This document shows, piece after piece, positions 12,112 to 25,154 of a stretch of DNA of 64,000 bases. The stretch is from Octopus vulgaris. Taxonomy: Eukaryota. The DNA lies in assembly GCA_951406725.2 (NCBI GenBank), contig OX597815.1, positions 215,450,001 to 215,514,000 of the forward strand, in the 5' to 3' direction. The translations under genes were made by a program, and so were the position numbers. Each line of letters begins with the position of its first letter. The stretch's first letter is position 1. The notes below the pieces were generated by a model. The model was not told where the DNA came from, did no database searches, and worked only from the letters and a program-made list of their open reading frames with translations.

Positions 12112-12805
12112 AAACATTCCTACATCCCCTTCCTCCCCTTCATTTCTCAAATCCCCCTATCTGGAATGTTCAACATTCCTACATCCACTCCTTCCCCTTC
12201 ATTTCTCAAATCCCCCACTCTGGAATGTTCAACATTCCTACATCCCCTTCATCCCCTTCATTTCTCAAATCCCCCTCTCTGGAATGTTCAACATTCCTAC
12301 CTCTCCTTACCCCCTTCATTTCTCAAATCCCCCTCTCTGGAATGTTCAACATTCCTACATCCCCTTCCTCCCCTTTATTTCTCAAATCCCCTCTCTGGAA
12401 TGTTCAACATTCCTACCTCCCCTCCCTCCCCTTCATTACTCAAAACCCCTATCTGGAATGTTCAACATTCCTACATCCCCTTCCAACCCTTCATTTCTCA
12501 AATCCCCCTCTCTGGAATGTTCAACATTCCTACATCCCCTTCCTCCCTTCATTTCTCAAATCCTCTCTGGAATGTTCAACTTCCTACATATCCTTCCTCC
12601 CTTCATTTCTCAAATCCCCCTCTCTAGAATGTTCAACATTCCTACCTCCACTTCTTCCCCTTCATTTCTCAAATCCCCCTATCTGGAATGTTTAACATTC
12701 CTACATCCCCTTCCTCCCCTTCATTTCTCAAATCCCCCTCTCTGGAATGTTCAACATTCCTACCTCCACTTCACCTTCATTTCTCAAATCCCTCTGTCTG
12801 GAATG
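12112..12805 (+). repeat. Satellite E, 59-bp unit (CTCTGGAATGTTCAACATTCCTACATCCCCTTCCTCCCCTTCATTTCTCAAATCCCCCT)
   Basis: About 12 units; 59-aa periodic ORFs in all three frames. Confidence 0.95.
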
Positions 12806-15800
12806 TGGGTTGGCTATTTGGGTTTGCTATTAGTGCTGGCTATTTGTCTTAGCTATTTGGCTAGGCTATTTGGGTTGGCTATTTGTGTTTGCTATTTGGG
12901 TTGGCTATTTGGGTTGGCTATTTGTGTTTGCTATTTTGGGTTGGCTATTTGGGTTTGCTATTTGAGTTGGCTATTTTGATTGGATTATACGGTTGGCTAT
13001 TTGGCTAGGCTATTTTGGTTGGCTACTTGGCTAGGCTATTTGGGTTGGCTATTTGTGTTTGCTATTTGGGTTTGCTTTTTGGTTTGGCTATTTGGGTTAG
13101 CTATTTCGCTTGGCTATATGGGTTGGCTATTTGGGTTTGCTATTAGTGCTGGCTATTTGTCTTAGCTATTTGGCTAGGCTCTCTGGGTTGGCTTTTTGTG
13201 TTTGCTATTTGGGTTGGCTATTTGGCTTAGCTATATGGGTTGGCTATTTTGCATGGCTATTTGGTTTCCTTGTTTGGGTTTGCTTTTGGGTATGCTATTT
13301 AGGTTGGCTATTTTGGTTTGCTATTTTGCTTGGCTATTTGGGTTTGCTATTTGGCTACGCTATTTAGGTTCGCTATTTGTGTTTACTATTTGGATTGGCT
13401 ATTTGGGTTTGCTTTTTGGCTTGGCAAATTGGCTTGGCTATTTGGGTTGGCTATTTTGGTTTGGTATTTGGCTTGGCTACTTGTGTTTGTTATTTGGGTA
13501 TGCTATTTAGGTTGGCTATTTGTGTATGCTATTTGTGTTGGCTATTTGGCTTAGCATTTGGCTAGGCTATTTGGCGTCGCTATTTAGCTTGGCTATTTAG
13601 CTTGGCTATTTGGCTTGGCTTTTGTTTGTCTATTTGGGTTGGCTATTTTGCTTTGCTTTTTGGGTTGGCTATTTGCGTTGGCTATTTAGGCATGCTATTT
13701 GTGTTGGCTATTTGGCTTAGCATTTGGGTAGGCTATTTGGCGTCGCTATTTGGCTTGGCTTTTTGGCTTGGCTATTTGGCTTGGCTGTTTGGGTTGGCTA
13801 TTTGTGTTAGCTTTTTGGGTCAGCTATTTGGCTTTGCTACTTGGGTTGGCTATTCAAGTTAGATTTTTGGGTTGGCTATTTTGGTTAGCTATTTGGGTTG
13901 GCTATTTGGGTATCTGCTATATATCTTGGCAATTTGGCTTGGCTTTTTGGCTAGGCTATTTGGCCTGGCTATTTGTCTTGGCTCTTTGACTTGGCTATTT
14001 GGTTGGCTATTTGTGTTTGCTTTTTGGTTTGGCAATCTGGCTTGGCTATTTGGATTGCCTATTTAAATTGTTTATTTTAGTTGTCTATTTGGCTTGTCTA
14101 TTTGGCTAGGCTATGAGAATTGGCTATTTGTGTGTGCTATTTGGATTGGCTTTTTGGAATGGCTATTTGGCTAGGCTATTTGGGTATGCTATTTGTGTGT
14201 GCATTTTGGGATGGCTATTTTGCTTGGCTATTTGTGTTGGCTATTTGGGTATGCTATATGTGCTGGCTATTTGGGTTGGCTATTTGGGTTAGCAATTTGG
14301 CTTGGCTATTTGGGTTGGCTATTTGGGTTTGCTATTAGTGTTGGCTATTAGGCTTAGCTATTTGGCTAGGCTATTTGGGTTGCCTATTTGTGTTTGCTAT
14401 TTAGCTTGGCTACTTGTGTTGGCTATTTGGGTATGCTATTTATGTTGGCTATTTTAGTATGCTATTTGTGTTAGCTATTTGGCTTAGCATTTGGCTAGGC
14501 TATTTGGCGTCGCTATTTGGCTTGGCTTTTTAGATTGTGTATTTGGCTTGGCTGTTTGGTTTGTCTATTTGGGTTGGCTATTTGGGTTAGCTATTTGGGT
14601 TGGCTATTTTGCTTTGCTTTTTGGGTTGGCTATTTGGGTTGGCTATTTGGGTATGCTATTTTTGTTGGCTCTCTGGGTTGGCTGTTTGGGTTGGCTATTT
14701 CGGTTTGCTCTTTGGCTTGACTATTTGGCTTGGCTATTTGGGTTGGGTATTTGTGTGTGCTTTTTAGGATGGCTATTTGGATTAGCTATTTGGCTAGTTT
14801 ATTTGGGTTGGCTATTTTAGTTAGCTATTTGAGTTGGCTATTTGGATTTACTTTTTGGGTTGGCTATTTGGCTGAGCTAGTTGGGTTTGCTATTTGTGTT
14901 TACTAATTGGGTTGGCTATTTAGGTTTGCTATTTGGCTAGGTTATTTGAGTTGGCTATTTGGGTTTGCTATTTGAATTGGCTATTTTGATTGTCTTTTTG
15001 GGTTGGCTATTTGGCTAGGCTATTTGGGTTTGCTATTTGTGTTTGCTATTTGGGTTGGCTTTTTGGGTTTGCTATTTGGCTTGGCTATATAGGTTGGCTT
15101 TTTGGGTATGCTATTTGTGTTAGCTATTTGGCTTAGCATTTGGCTAGACTATTTAGTTTGGCTATTTGGATTGGCTATTTGGCTTGGCTATTTCGCTTGG
15201 CTATTTGGGTTGGCTATTTTGGTAGGCAATTTGGCTTGGCTTTTTGGCTAGGCTATTTGGCTTGGCTATTTGGGTTGTCTATTTTGGTTGTGTATTTGGC
15301 TTGACTATTTGGCTTGGCTATGTGGGATGGCTATTTGTGTGTGCTATTTGTATTGGCTATTTGGGTTGGTTATTTGGCTAGGCTATTTGGGTATGCTATT
15401 TGTGTGTGCTTTTTGGGAGGGCTATTTGGCTTGGCTATTTGGCTAGATTATTTGGGTTGGCTATTTGTGTGTGCTATTTGTGTTTGCTATTTGGGTTGGC
15501 TATTTGGGTTTGCTTTTTGGCTTGGCAATTTGGCTTGGCTATTTGGGTTGGCTATTTTGGTTTGCTATTTGGCTTGGCTATTTGGGTTGGCTATTTGGGT
15601 ATGCTATTTGGGTTGGCTATTTTGGTTTGCTATTTGGCTTGGCTATTTGTGTTGGCTATTTGGGTATGCTATTTGTGTTGGCTATTTGCGTTGGCTATTA
15701 GTGTTGGCTATTTGGCTTAGCTATTTGGCTAGGCTATTTGGGTTGGCTATTTGTGTTTGCTATTTTTGTTGGCTATTTGTGTTGGTGATTTGGGTTGGCT

Positions 15801-17493
15801 CTTTGGGTTTGCTATTTTGGTTTGCTATTTAGTTTGGCTATTTCGTTTGCCTATTTGGGTTGTCTATTTGGCTTGGCTATTTGGGTTGGCTGTTTGGGTT
15901 GGCTATTTCAGTTTGCTCTTTGGCTTGACTATTTGGCTTGGCTATTTGGGTTGGGTATTTGTGTGTGCTTTTTGGGATGGCTATTTGGCTTAGCTATTTG
16001 GCTAGTTTATTTGGGTTGGCTATTTGGGTTAGCTATTTGAGTTGGCTATTTGGATTTGCTTTTTGGGTTGGCTTTTTAGCTAGGCTATTTGGGTTGGCTA
16101 TTTGTGTTTACTACTTCGGTTGGCTATTTAAGTTTGCTATTTGGCTAGGTTATTTGGTTTGGCTATTTGGGTTTGCTATTTGAGTTGGCTATTTTGATTG
16201 GCCTTTTGGGTTGGCTTTTTGGCTAGGCTATTAGGGTTTGCTATTTGGCTTGGCTATATGGGTTGGTTATTTGGGTACGCTATTTTTGTTGGCTATTTGG
16301 CTTAGCATTTTGCTAGGCTATTTGAATTGGCTATTTGGCTTGGTTTTTTGGGTTGTCTATTTTGGTGGGCAATTTGGCTTGGCTTTTTGGCTTGGCTACT
16401 TGGTTTCCCTATTTGGATTGTCTATTTGGCTTGACTATTTGGCTTGTCTATTTGGGTTGGCTTTTTCGGTGTGTTTTTTTGTGTGCTTTTTCGGATGGCT
16501 ATTTGGCTTGGCTATTTGGCTAGGTTATTTAGGTTGGCTATTTGGGTTTGCTATCTGTGTTGGTTTCCCTATTTGGATTGTCTATTTGGCTTGACTATTT
16601 GGCTTGGCTATTTGGGTTGGGTATTTTTGTGTGCTTTTTGGGATGGCTATTTGTCTTAGCTATTTGGCTAGTTTATTTGGGTTGGCTCTTTTGGTTAGCT
16701 ATTTGAGTTGGCTATTTGGATTTGCTTTTTGGGTTGGCTATTTGGCTAGGCTATTTGGGTTGGCTATTTGTGTTTACTACTTGGGTTGGCTATTTAGGTT
16801 TGCTATTTGGCTAGGTTATTTGGTTTGGCTATTTGGGTTTGCTATTTGAGTTGGCTATTTTGAATGGCTTTTTGGGTTGGCTATTTGGCTAGGCTATTTG
16901 TGTTTGCTATTTGTGTTTGCTATTTGGCTTGGCTATATAGGTTGGCTATTTGTGTATGCTATTTGTGTTGGCTATTTGGCTTCGCATTTGGCTAGACTAT
17001 TTGGTTTGGCTATTTGGCTTGGCTATTTCACTTGGCTATTTCGCTTGGCTATTTCGCTTGGCTATTTTGGTTGGCAATTTGGCTGGGCTTTTTAGATAGG
17101 CTATTTGGCTTGGCTATTTGGGTTGGTTATTTGTGTTTGCTATTTGACTTGGCTATTTGGGTTGGTTATTTGTGTTTGCTAGTTTGGGTTGGTTATTTGG
17201 GTTTGCTTTTGGCTTGGCAATTTGGCTTGGCTATTTGGCTTGGCTACTTGGTATCCCTGTTTGCGTTGTCTATTTGGGTTGTCTATTTGGCTTGACTATT
17301 TGGCTTGGCTATTTGGGTAGGCTATTTGTGTGTGCTTTTTGGAATGGCTATTTTGCTTGGCTATTTGGCTAGGTTATTTAGGTTGGCTATTTGGGTTTGC
17401 TATTTGAGTTGTCTATTTTGATTGGCTTTTAGGGTTGGCTATTTGGCTAGGCTATTTGGGTTGGCTATTCGTGTTTGCTATTTGGCTTGGCTA
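12806..17493 (+). repeat. Satellite C array (4.7 kb)
   Basis: TTGGCTATTTGGG variants. Confidence 0.95.
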
Positions 17494-18377
17494 TTCACCT
17501 ATCACGCACTCAGTACATTTGAGCCCAAAGACTACGGGTATGTCGGGACCCTGCCAGGTAGAAAGCCAGAAACTATACCGTAATGCATTCCTGCCAACGT
17601 GCCAACGATGCTGTCGCTCTCCGAACCCATGAACGGCGTGAAATGTAGGGTTTTGTTTAAGAGCACAACGTGCCGACAGATTTGGGAATCGACTCCACGA
17701 TTTAGCAAGCGTTTGGTCAACAGTCTAACCCCTAGGTCATGCACTTTGACATATTCTTTTATTCATTTACTTGTTTCAGTCAATTGACTGCGGCCATGCT
17801 GGAGCATTGTTTTGAAGCATTTTTAGTCGAGCAAATCGACCCCAAAGACTTAATGGTTAAGCCTAGCACATTCTATCGGTCTCATTGCAGAAGCGCAAAG
17901 TTACTGGGATGTAAACGTACCAACACCGGTTGGCAAATCTAGTGTGAGCATTCGACAATGTATAGGTACCAGGACAATGGTTTGGAGAAAATAGGTAACG
18001 TGGCTGATACAAACACCGACAGCTACATTAAGAAAGAGAGAGAAAGAGGGAGACTGGAAAGAGAGAGAGAGAGGGAGAGAGAGAGAGAGAGACTGCGTGA
18101 TTATGATTATATGTAATTGTGAAAGAGATGTGTAAGGGAATGTTCCTATTCGCACGTATAAATGTAATGCTAAGTAACTGACAAGTATGGAAGGTGTTGG
18201 GAAACTAGAACTTTATAAAAAGAGTGACATACAAAGAGATTAAGGGACACAAATATGAACGCGGGTAATACGGAGACCAATTCCAGGGAAAATGTGAATG
18301 CGTGTATAGATATACGTATATGGCTGTGAATGTGCATATGTTTACATCTGTGCGTACGTTCGTGCGCTTGTCTTTGA
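17494..18377 (+). other. Non-satellite block U, copy 1 (old SINE fragments and a GA-rich tract)
   Basis: Near-identical to about 47436-48096 (direct) and 21576-22008 (inverted). Confidence 0.9.
17635..17935 (-). mobile_element. Degenerate SINE fragments: a tRNA-like head (about 17635-17735) and the 3' part of the SINE family seen at 46415-46838 (about 17765-17935)
   Basis: TTTCAGTCAATTGACTGCGGCCATGCTGGAGCA..TCGACCCC..TTCTATCGGTCTC aligns with 46451-46555. The head assignment rests on weak B-box-like similarity. Confidence 0.65.
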
Positions 18378-20681
18378 GAACGCCAACAGAGATCAAAGAG
18401 GAGTACCGACAGAGATCAAAAAGGAATGCCGACAGATATCAAAGAGGAGTACCGACAGAGACCAAAGAGGAATGCCGACAGAGATCCGAGAGGAGTACCG
18501 ACTGAGACCAAAGAGGAATGCCGAGAGAGATCAAAGAGGAGTACCGACAGAGATCATAGAGGAATGCCGACAGAGATCAAATATTGTTACCGACAGAGAT
18601 CAAAGATGAGTGCCGACAGAGATCAAAGAGGAATGCCGACAGAGATCAAAGAAGAATGCCGACAGAGATCAAAGATGATTACCGACAGAGATCAAAGAGG
18701 AATGCAAACAGAGATCAAAGAGGAATGCGGACAGAGATCAAGGAAGAATGCCGACAGAGATCAAAGAGGAGTATCGACAGAGATCAAAGAGGAGTACCGA
18801 CATAGATCAGAGATAAATGCCGACAGCGATCAAAGTGAAGTACCGACAGGGATCAAAGAGGAATGCCGACAGAGATCAAGTATTGTTACCGACAGAGATC
18901 AAAGATGAGTGCCGACAGAGATGAAAGAGGAATGCCGTCAGAGATCAAAGATGAGTGCCGACAGAAATCAAAGAGGAATGCCGACAGAGACCAAAGAGGA
19001 ATGCCGACAGAGATCAAAGAGGAGTATCGACTGAGACCAAAGAGGAATGCCGAGAGAGATCAAGAGGAGTACCGATCATAGAGAATGCCGACAGAGATCA
19101 ATTGTTACCGACAGAGATCAAAGATGAGTGCCGACAGAGATCAAAGAGAATGCCGACAGAGATCAAAGAAGAATGCCGACAGAGATCAAAGATGATTACC
19201 GACAGAGATCAAAGAGGAATGCCAACAGAGATCAAAGAGGAATGCCAACAGAGATCAAAGAGGAATGCGGACAGAGATCAAGGAAGAATCGACAGGGATC
19301 AAAGAGGAATGCCGACAGAGATCAAGTATTGTTACCGACAGAGATCAAAGCTGAGTGCCGACAGAGATGAAAGAGGAATGCCGTCAGAGATCAAAGATGA
19401 GTGCCGACAGAAATCAAAGAGGAATGCCGACAGAGACCAAAGAGGAATGCCGACAGAGATCAAAGAGGAGTATCGACAGAGATCAAAGAGGAATGCCAAC
19501 AGAGATCAACGAAGATTGGCGACAGAGATCAAAGAGGAATACCGACAGAGATCAAAGAGGGATACCGACAGAGATCAAAGAGGAGTACCGACAAAGATCA
19601 AAGAGTGTGCCGAAATAGATCAAAGAGGGTGCCGAAAGAGATCAAAGAGGGTGCCGAAAGAGATCAAAGAGTGTGCCGAAAGAGATCAAAGAAGAGTACC
19701 GACAGATATCAAAGAGTGTGCCGAAAGATATCAAAGTGAGTGCCGAATGAAATCAAAGAGGGTGCCGAAAGAGATCAAAGAAGGTGCCGAAAGAGATCAA
19801 AGAGGGATACCGACAGAGATCAAAGAGGGATTCCGTCAGAGATAAAAGAGGAGTACCGACAAAGATCAAAGAGTGTGCCGAAATAGATCAAAGAGGGTGC
19901 CGAAAGAGATCAAAGAGGGATACCGACAGAGATCATAGAGGTATTCCGTCAGAGATAAAAGAGGAGTACCGACAAAGATCAATGAGTGTGCCGAAATAGA
20001 TCAAAGAGGGTGCCGAAAGAGATCAAAGAGTGTGCCGAAAGAGATCAAAGAGTGTGCCGAATGAGATCAAAGAGGGTACCGAAAGAGATCAAAGAGGGTG
20101 ATGAAAGACATCGAAGAGGGTGCCGAAAGAGATCAAAGAGGTATGCCGAAAGAGATCAAAGAGAGTGCAAAATGAGATCAAAGAGGTATGCCGAAATTCA
20201 TCAAAATGTATGCCGAAAGGGATCACAGAGGGTGTCGAAAGATATCAAAGGTTGTGCCGAAAGAGATCAAAGAGTGTGCAGAGAGAGATCAAAGAGAGTG
20301 CCAAAAGAGTTCAAAGAGTGTACCGAAATAGACCAAAGAGGGTGCAGAAAGAGATCAAAGAGTTGCCGAAAGAGATCAAAGAAAGTGCCGAATGAAATCA
20401 AAGAGGTATTCCGAAAGCGGTCAAAGAATGTGCCGAAAGAGATCAAAGAGTGTGCCGAAAAAGATCAAAGAGGTATGCCGAAAGAGATCAAAGAGTTTGC
20501 CGAAAAGATGAAAGAGGGTGCCGAAAGAGATCAAAGAGGGTGCCGAAAGAGATCAAAGAGAATGCCGAATGAGATCAAATAGGTATGCCAAAAGAGTTCA
20601 AAGAGAGAGCCGAATGAGATTAAAGAGGGTACCGAAAGAGATCAAAGAATGTGCCGAATGAGATCATAGAGGGTGCCGAAA
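18378..20681 (+). repeat. Satellite A array; 23-bp units grading into the 22-bp variant (GCCGAAAGAGATCAAAGAGGGT) after about 19600
   Basis: ORF periodicity changes from 23 to 22 aa. Confidence 0.95.
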
Positions 20682-21575
20682 GATTCCCGAGTTCCTTGAA
20701 ATTTAATCGGAAACTTCCTGTAGAGTTCCGCGGTTTTCATGGAAAGTTCATGGATTCACCAACTACCTGCAAATTCGATCGGCAACTTCCTGGAAAGTTC
20801 CACGGATTTAATGGAAAGTTGCGGAGATTCCCCCTACACCCTGGTAATTTGGTCGGAAAATTCCGGAGATTTCATGGAAAGTTCCGGGGATTCCTCGAAT
20901 ACCTAGAAAATTTGTCGGAAACTTAATGGAAATCTCCGATGATTTCCTGGAAATTTCCGGGAAACACAACTTCCTGGAAAAAATTTTTCGGAAATTTCCT
21001 GGAAAGTTCCGAGGATTTTTATGGGATGTTCCGGAGATTCCCCGATTTCCATCAAATTTGACAGGAAACTCCCTGGAGAGTTCCGTGGTTTCCAAGGAAA
21101 GTTCCTGCGATTCCCCAACTTCCTGGAAATGTGTTCGGAAACTTCCTGGAAAGATCCAAGGATTTAATTGAAAGTTCCGGATATTCCCCTACGCCCTCAT
21201 AATTTGGTCGGAAGCTTCCGGGAAACTTTCGAGAATTTATGGAAAGTTAACGGGATTCCCCGACTGCCTGGAAAATTGGTAGGAAAATTCATGGCAAGTT
21301 CCGAAAAACTTCCAGCTGCCTGGAAATTTGTTCGGGAAATTCCTGGAAAATTTCGAGGATTCACCGAGTTGCTTGAAAAATTTATTCGAAAAATTCCGAT
21401 GATTTCATGGGATATTCCAGAGATTCCCCAAGTTACTAAAAATTTGATGGAAAACTTCCTGGAGAGTTCCGCGGCTTCCATGGAAAGTTCCGATGATTTC
21501 ATGGAAAGTTTCGTATATTCCCCCTACAAACTGAAAATTTGTTCGAAAACTTGCCATGAAGTTTTCGACCAAATT
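20682..21575 (-). repeat. Satellite B, diverged, mostly reverse orientation
   Basis: AACTTCCTGGAAA(T/G)TT units; includes a reverse-complement match to 7641-7670. Confidence 0.85.
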
Positions 21576-22029
21576 GTTGGTACGTTTACATCCCAGTAAC
21601 TTTGCGCTTCTGCAATGAGACCGATAGAATGTGCTAGGCTTAACCATTAAGTCTTTGGGGTCGATTTGCTCGACTAAAAATGCTTCAAAACAATGCTCCA
21701 GCATGGCCGCAGTCAATTGACTGAAACAAGTAAATGAATAAAAGAATATGTCAAAGTGCATGACCTTGGGGTTAGACTGTTGACCAAACGCTTGCTAAAT
21801 CGTGGAGTCGATTCCCAAATCTGTCGGCACGTTGTGCTCTTAAACAAAACCCTACATTTCACGCCGTTCATGGGTTCGGAGAGCGACAGCATCGTTGGCA
21901 CGTTGGCAGGAATGCATTACGGTATAGTTTCTGGCTTTCTACCTGGCAGTGTCCCGACATACCCGTAGTCTTTGGGCTCAAATGTACTAAGTGCGTGATA
22001 GGTGAACCGAGATGTGGCGACGGATTACC

Positions 22030-22091
<62 letters not shown>

Positions 22092-22237
22092 ATATGTGTG
22101 CATATATGTATGTATATGTTTGCATGTATGTATATATATATATATATATATGTTCAACATTCCTTCCTCCCCTTCCTCCGCTTTACTTGTCAAATCCTCC
22201 TCTCTGGAATGTTCAACATTCCTTTCTCCCCTTCCTC
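21576..22237 (-). other. Block U copy 2 (inverted, truncated) with (TA)n tract and satellite E fragment
   Basis: Reverse complement of about 47236-47866. The spurious ORFs match those of copies 1 and 3 on the opposite strand. Confidence 0.9.
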
Positions 22238-25154
22238 AAATAGCCAACCCAAATAGCCAAGCCAAATAGCTAACCAAAATATCCGACCAAAATAGCCAAC
22301 CAAAATTGTCTAGCCAAAATATCCAACCAAAATAGCCAACCCAAATAGCTAAGCCAAATAGCCAACCCAAATAGCCTAGCCAAATAGCCAACACAAATAG
22401 CATACCCAAACATCCAACCCAAATAGCCAAGCCAAATAGCAAACACGAATAGCCAACCCAAATAGCCTAGCCAAATAGCCAACCCACAAAGCCAATCAAA
22501 ATAGACAACTCAAATAGCAAACCCAAATAGCCAACCTAAATAACCTAGCCAAATAGCCAAGCAAAATAGCCATTCCAAAAAGCACACACAAATAGCCTAC
22601 CCAAATAGCCAAGCCAAATAGTCAAGCCAAATAGACAACCCAAATAGACAACGCAAACAGGGATACCAAGTAGCCAAGCCAAATAGCCAAGCCAAATTGC
22701 CAACCCAAACTAGCAAACACAAATACCCAACCCAAATAGCCAAGTCAAATAGCAAACACAAATAACCAACCCAAATAGCCAAGCCAAATAGCCTAGCTAA
22801 AAAGCCCAGCCAAATTGCCAACCAAAATAGCCAAGCCAAGCGAAATAGCCAAGCGAAATAGCCAAGCCAAATAGCCAATCCAAATAGCCAAACCAAATAG
22901 TCTAGCCAAATGCTAAGCCAAATAGCCAACACAAATAGCATACCCAAATAGGCAACCTATATAGCCAAGCCAAATAGCAAACACAAATAGCAAACCCAAA
23001 TAGCCTAGCCAAATAGCCAACCCAAAAAGCCATTCAAAATAGCCAAACCAAATAGCAAACCTAAATAGCCAACCCAAGTAGTAAACACAAATAGCCAACC
23101 CAAATAGCCTAGCTAAAAAGCCAACCCAAAAAGCAAATCCAAATAGCCAACTCAAATAGCTAACCCAAATAGCCAACCCAAAAAAACTAGCCAAATAGCC
23201 ATCCCAAAAAGCACACACAAATACCCAACCCAAACAGCCAAACCCAAATAGCCAAGCCAAATAGACAACCCAAATAGGCAAACCAAATATCCAAACTAAA
23301 TAGCAAACCCAAATAGCCAACACAAATAGCCAACACAAATAGCAAACACAAATAGCCAACCCAAATAGCCTAGCCAAATAGCTAAGCCAAATAGCCAACA
23401 CTAATAGCCAACGCAAATAGCCAACACAAATAGCATACCCAAATAGCCAACACAAATAGCCAAGCCAAATAGCACACCAAAATAGCCAACCCAAATAGCC
23501 AAGCCAAATAGCAAACCAAAATAGCCAACCCAAATAGCCTAGCCAAATTGCCAAGCCAAAAAGCAAACCCAAATAGCCAACCCAAATAGCAAACACAAAT
23601 AGCCAACCCAAATAATCTAGCCAAATAGCCAACCCAAATAGCAAACACAAATAGCCAACCCAAATAATCTAGCCAAATAGCCAAGCCAAATAGCCATCCC
23701 AAAAAGCACACACAAATAGCATACCCAAATAGCCTAGCCAAATCACCAACCCAAATAGCCAATACAAATAGCACACACAAATAGCCAACCCACATAGCCA
23801 AGCCAAATAGTCAAGCCAAATACACAACCAAAATAGACAAACCAAATAGCCAAGCCAAATAGCCTAGCCAAAAAGCCAAGCCAAATTGCCTACCAAAATA
23901 GCCAACCCAAATAGCCAAGCCAAATAGCCAAGCCAAATAGCCAATCCAAATAGCCAAACTAAATAGTCTAGCCAAATGCTAAGCCAAATAGCTAACACAA
24001 ATAGCATACCCAAAAAGCCAACCTATATAGCCACGCCAAATAGCAAACCCAAAAAGCCAACACAAATAGCCAATTCAAATAGCAAACCCAAATAGCCAAC
24101 TCAAATAACCTAGCCAAATAGCAAACCTAAATAGCCAACCCAAGTAGTAAACACAAATAGCAAACCCAAATAGCCAACCCAAAAAGACAATCAAAATAGC
24201 CAATTCAAATAGCAAACCCAAATGCCAACTCAAATAACCTAGCCAAATAGCAAACCTAAATAGCCAACCCAAGTAGTAAACACAATAGCAAACCCAAATA
24301 GCTCAAAATAGCCAACGCAAAATCCAAATAGCCAACTCAAATAGCTAACCAATATAGCAAACCCAAATAAACTTGCCAAATAGCTAAGCCAAATAGCCAT
24401 CCCAAAAAGCACACACAAATACCCAACCCAAATAGCCAAGTTAAATAGTCAAGCCAAAGAGCAAACCGAAATAGCCAACCCAAACAGCCAACCCGGAGAG
24501 CCAACACAAATAGCATACCCAAATAGCCAACCCAAATAGCCAACCCAAAAAGCAAAGCAAAATAGCCAACCCAAATAGCTAACCCAAATAGCCAACCCAA
24601 ATAAACAAACCAAACAGCCAAGCCAAATACACAATCTAAAAAGCCAAGCCAAATAGCGACGCCAAATAGCCTAGCCAAATGCTAAGCTAAATAGCTAACA
24701 CAAATAGCATACCAAAATAGCCAACAAAATAGCATACCCAAATAGCCAACACAAATAGCCAAGCTAAATAGAAAACACAAATAGGCAACCCAAATAGCCT
24801 AGCCAAATAGCTAAACCTAATAGCCAACACTAATAGCAAACCCAAATAGCCAACCCAAATAGCCAAGCCAAATTGGTAACCCAAATAGCCAACCCAAATA
24901 GCCAACCCAAATACCCAGCACAAATAGCATACCCAAATAGCCAACACAAATAGCCAAGCAAAATAGCCATCCCAAAATGCACACACAAATAGCATACCCA
25001 AATAGCCTAGCCAAATAGTCATTCCAAAAACCCCAATCAAAATAGCACACACAAATAGCCAATTCTCATAGCCTAGCCAAATAGAAAAGCCAAATAGACA
25101 ACCAAAATAAACAATCTAAATAGGCAATCCAAATAGCCAAGGCCAGATTGCCAA
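22238..25154 (-). repeat. Satellite C array, reverse orientation; inverted paralog of about 14029-17493
   Basis: Shares diagnostic variants, e.g. CTATGAGAATTGGC and GGTATCCCTGTTTGCGTTG. Confidence 0.9.

Noticed and set aside
11708-12979. 423-aa ORF, and the 357-418-aa ORFs at 27471-28969
   Set aside because: Read-through of stop-free satellite strands. Three overlapping frames give the same cyclic 59-aa peptide, with no domain evidence.
17532-17942. Short ORFs conserved across the three U copies
   Set aside because: Conservation reflects recent duplication. They overlap degenerate SINE sequence and show no recognisable motif.
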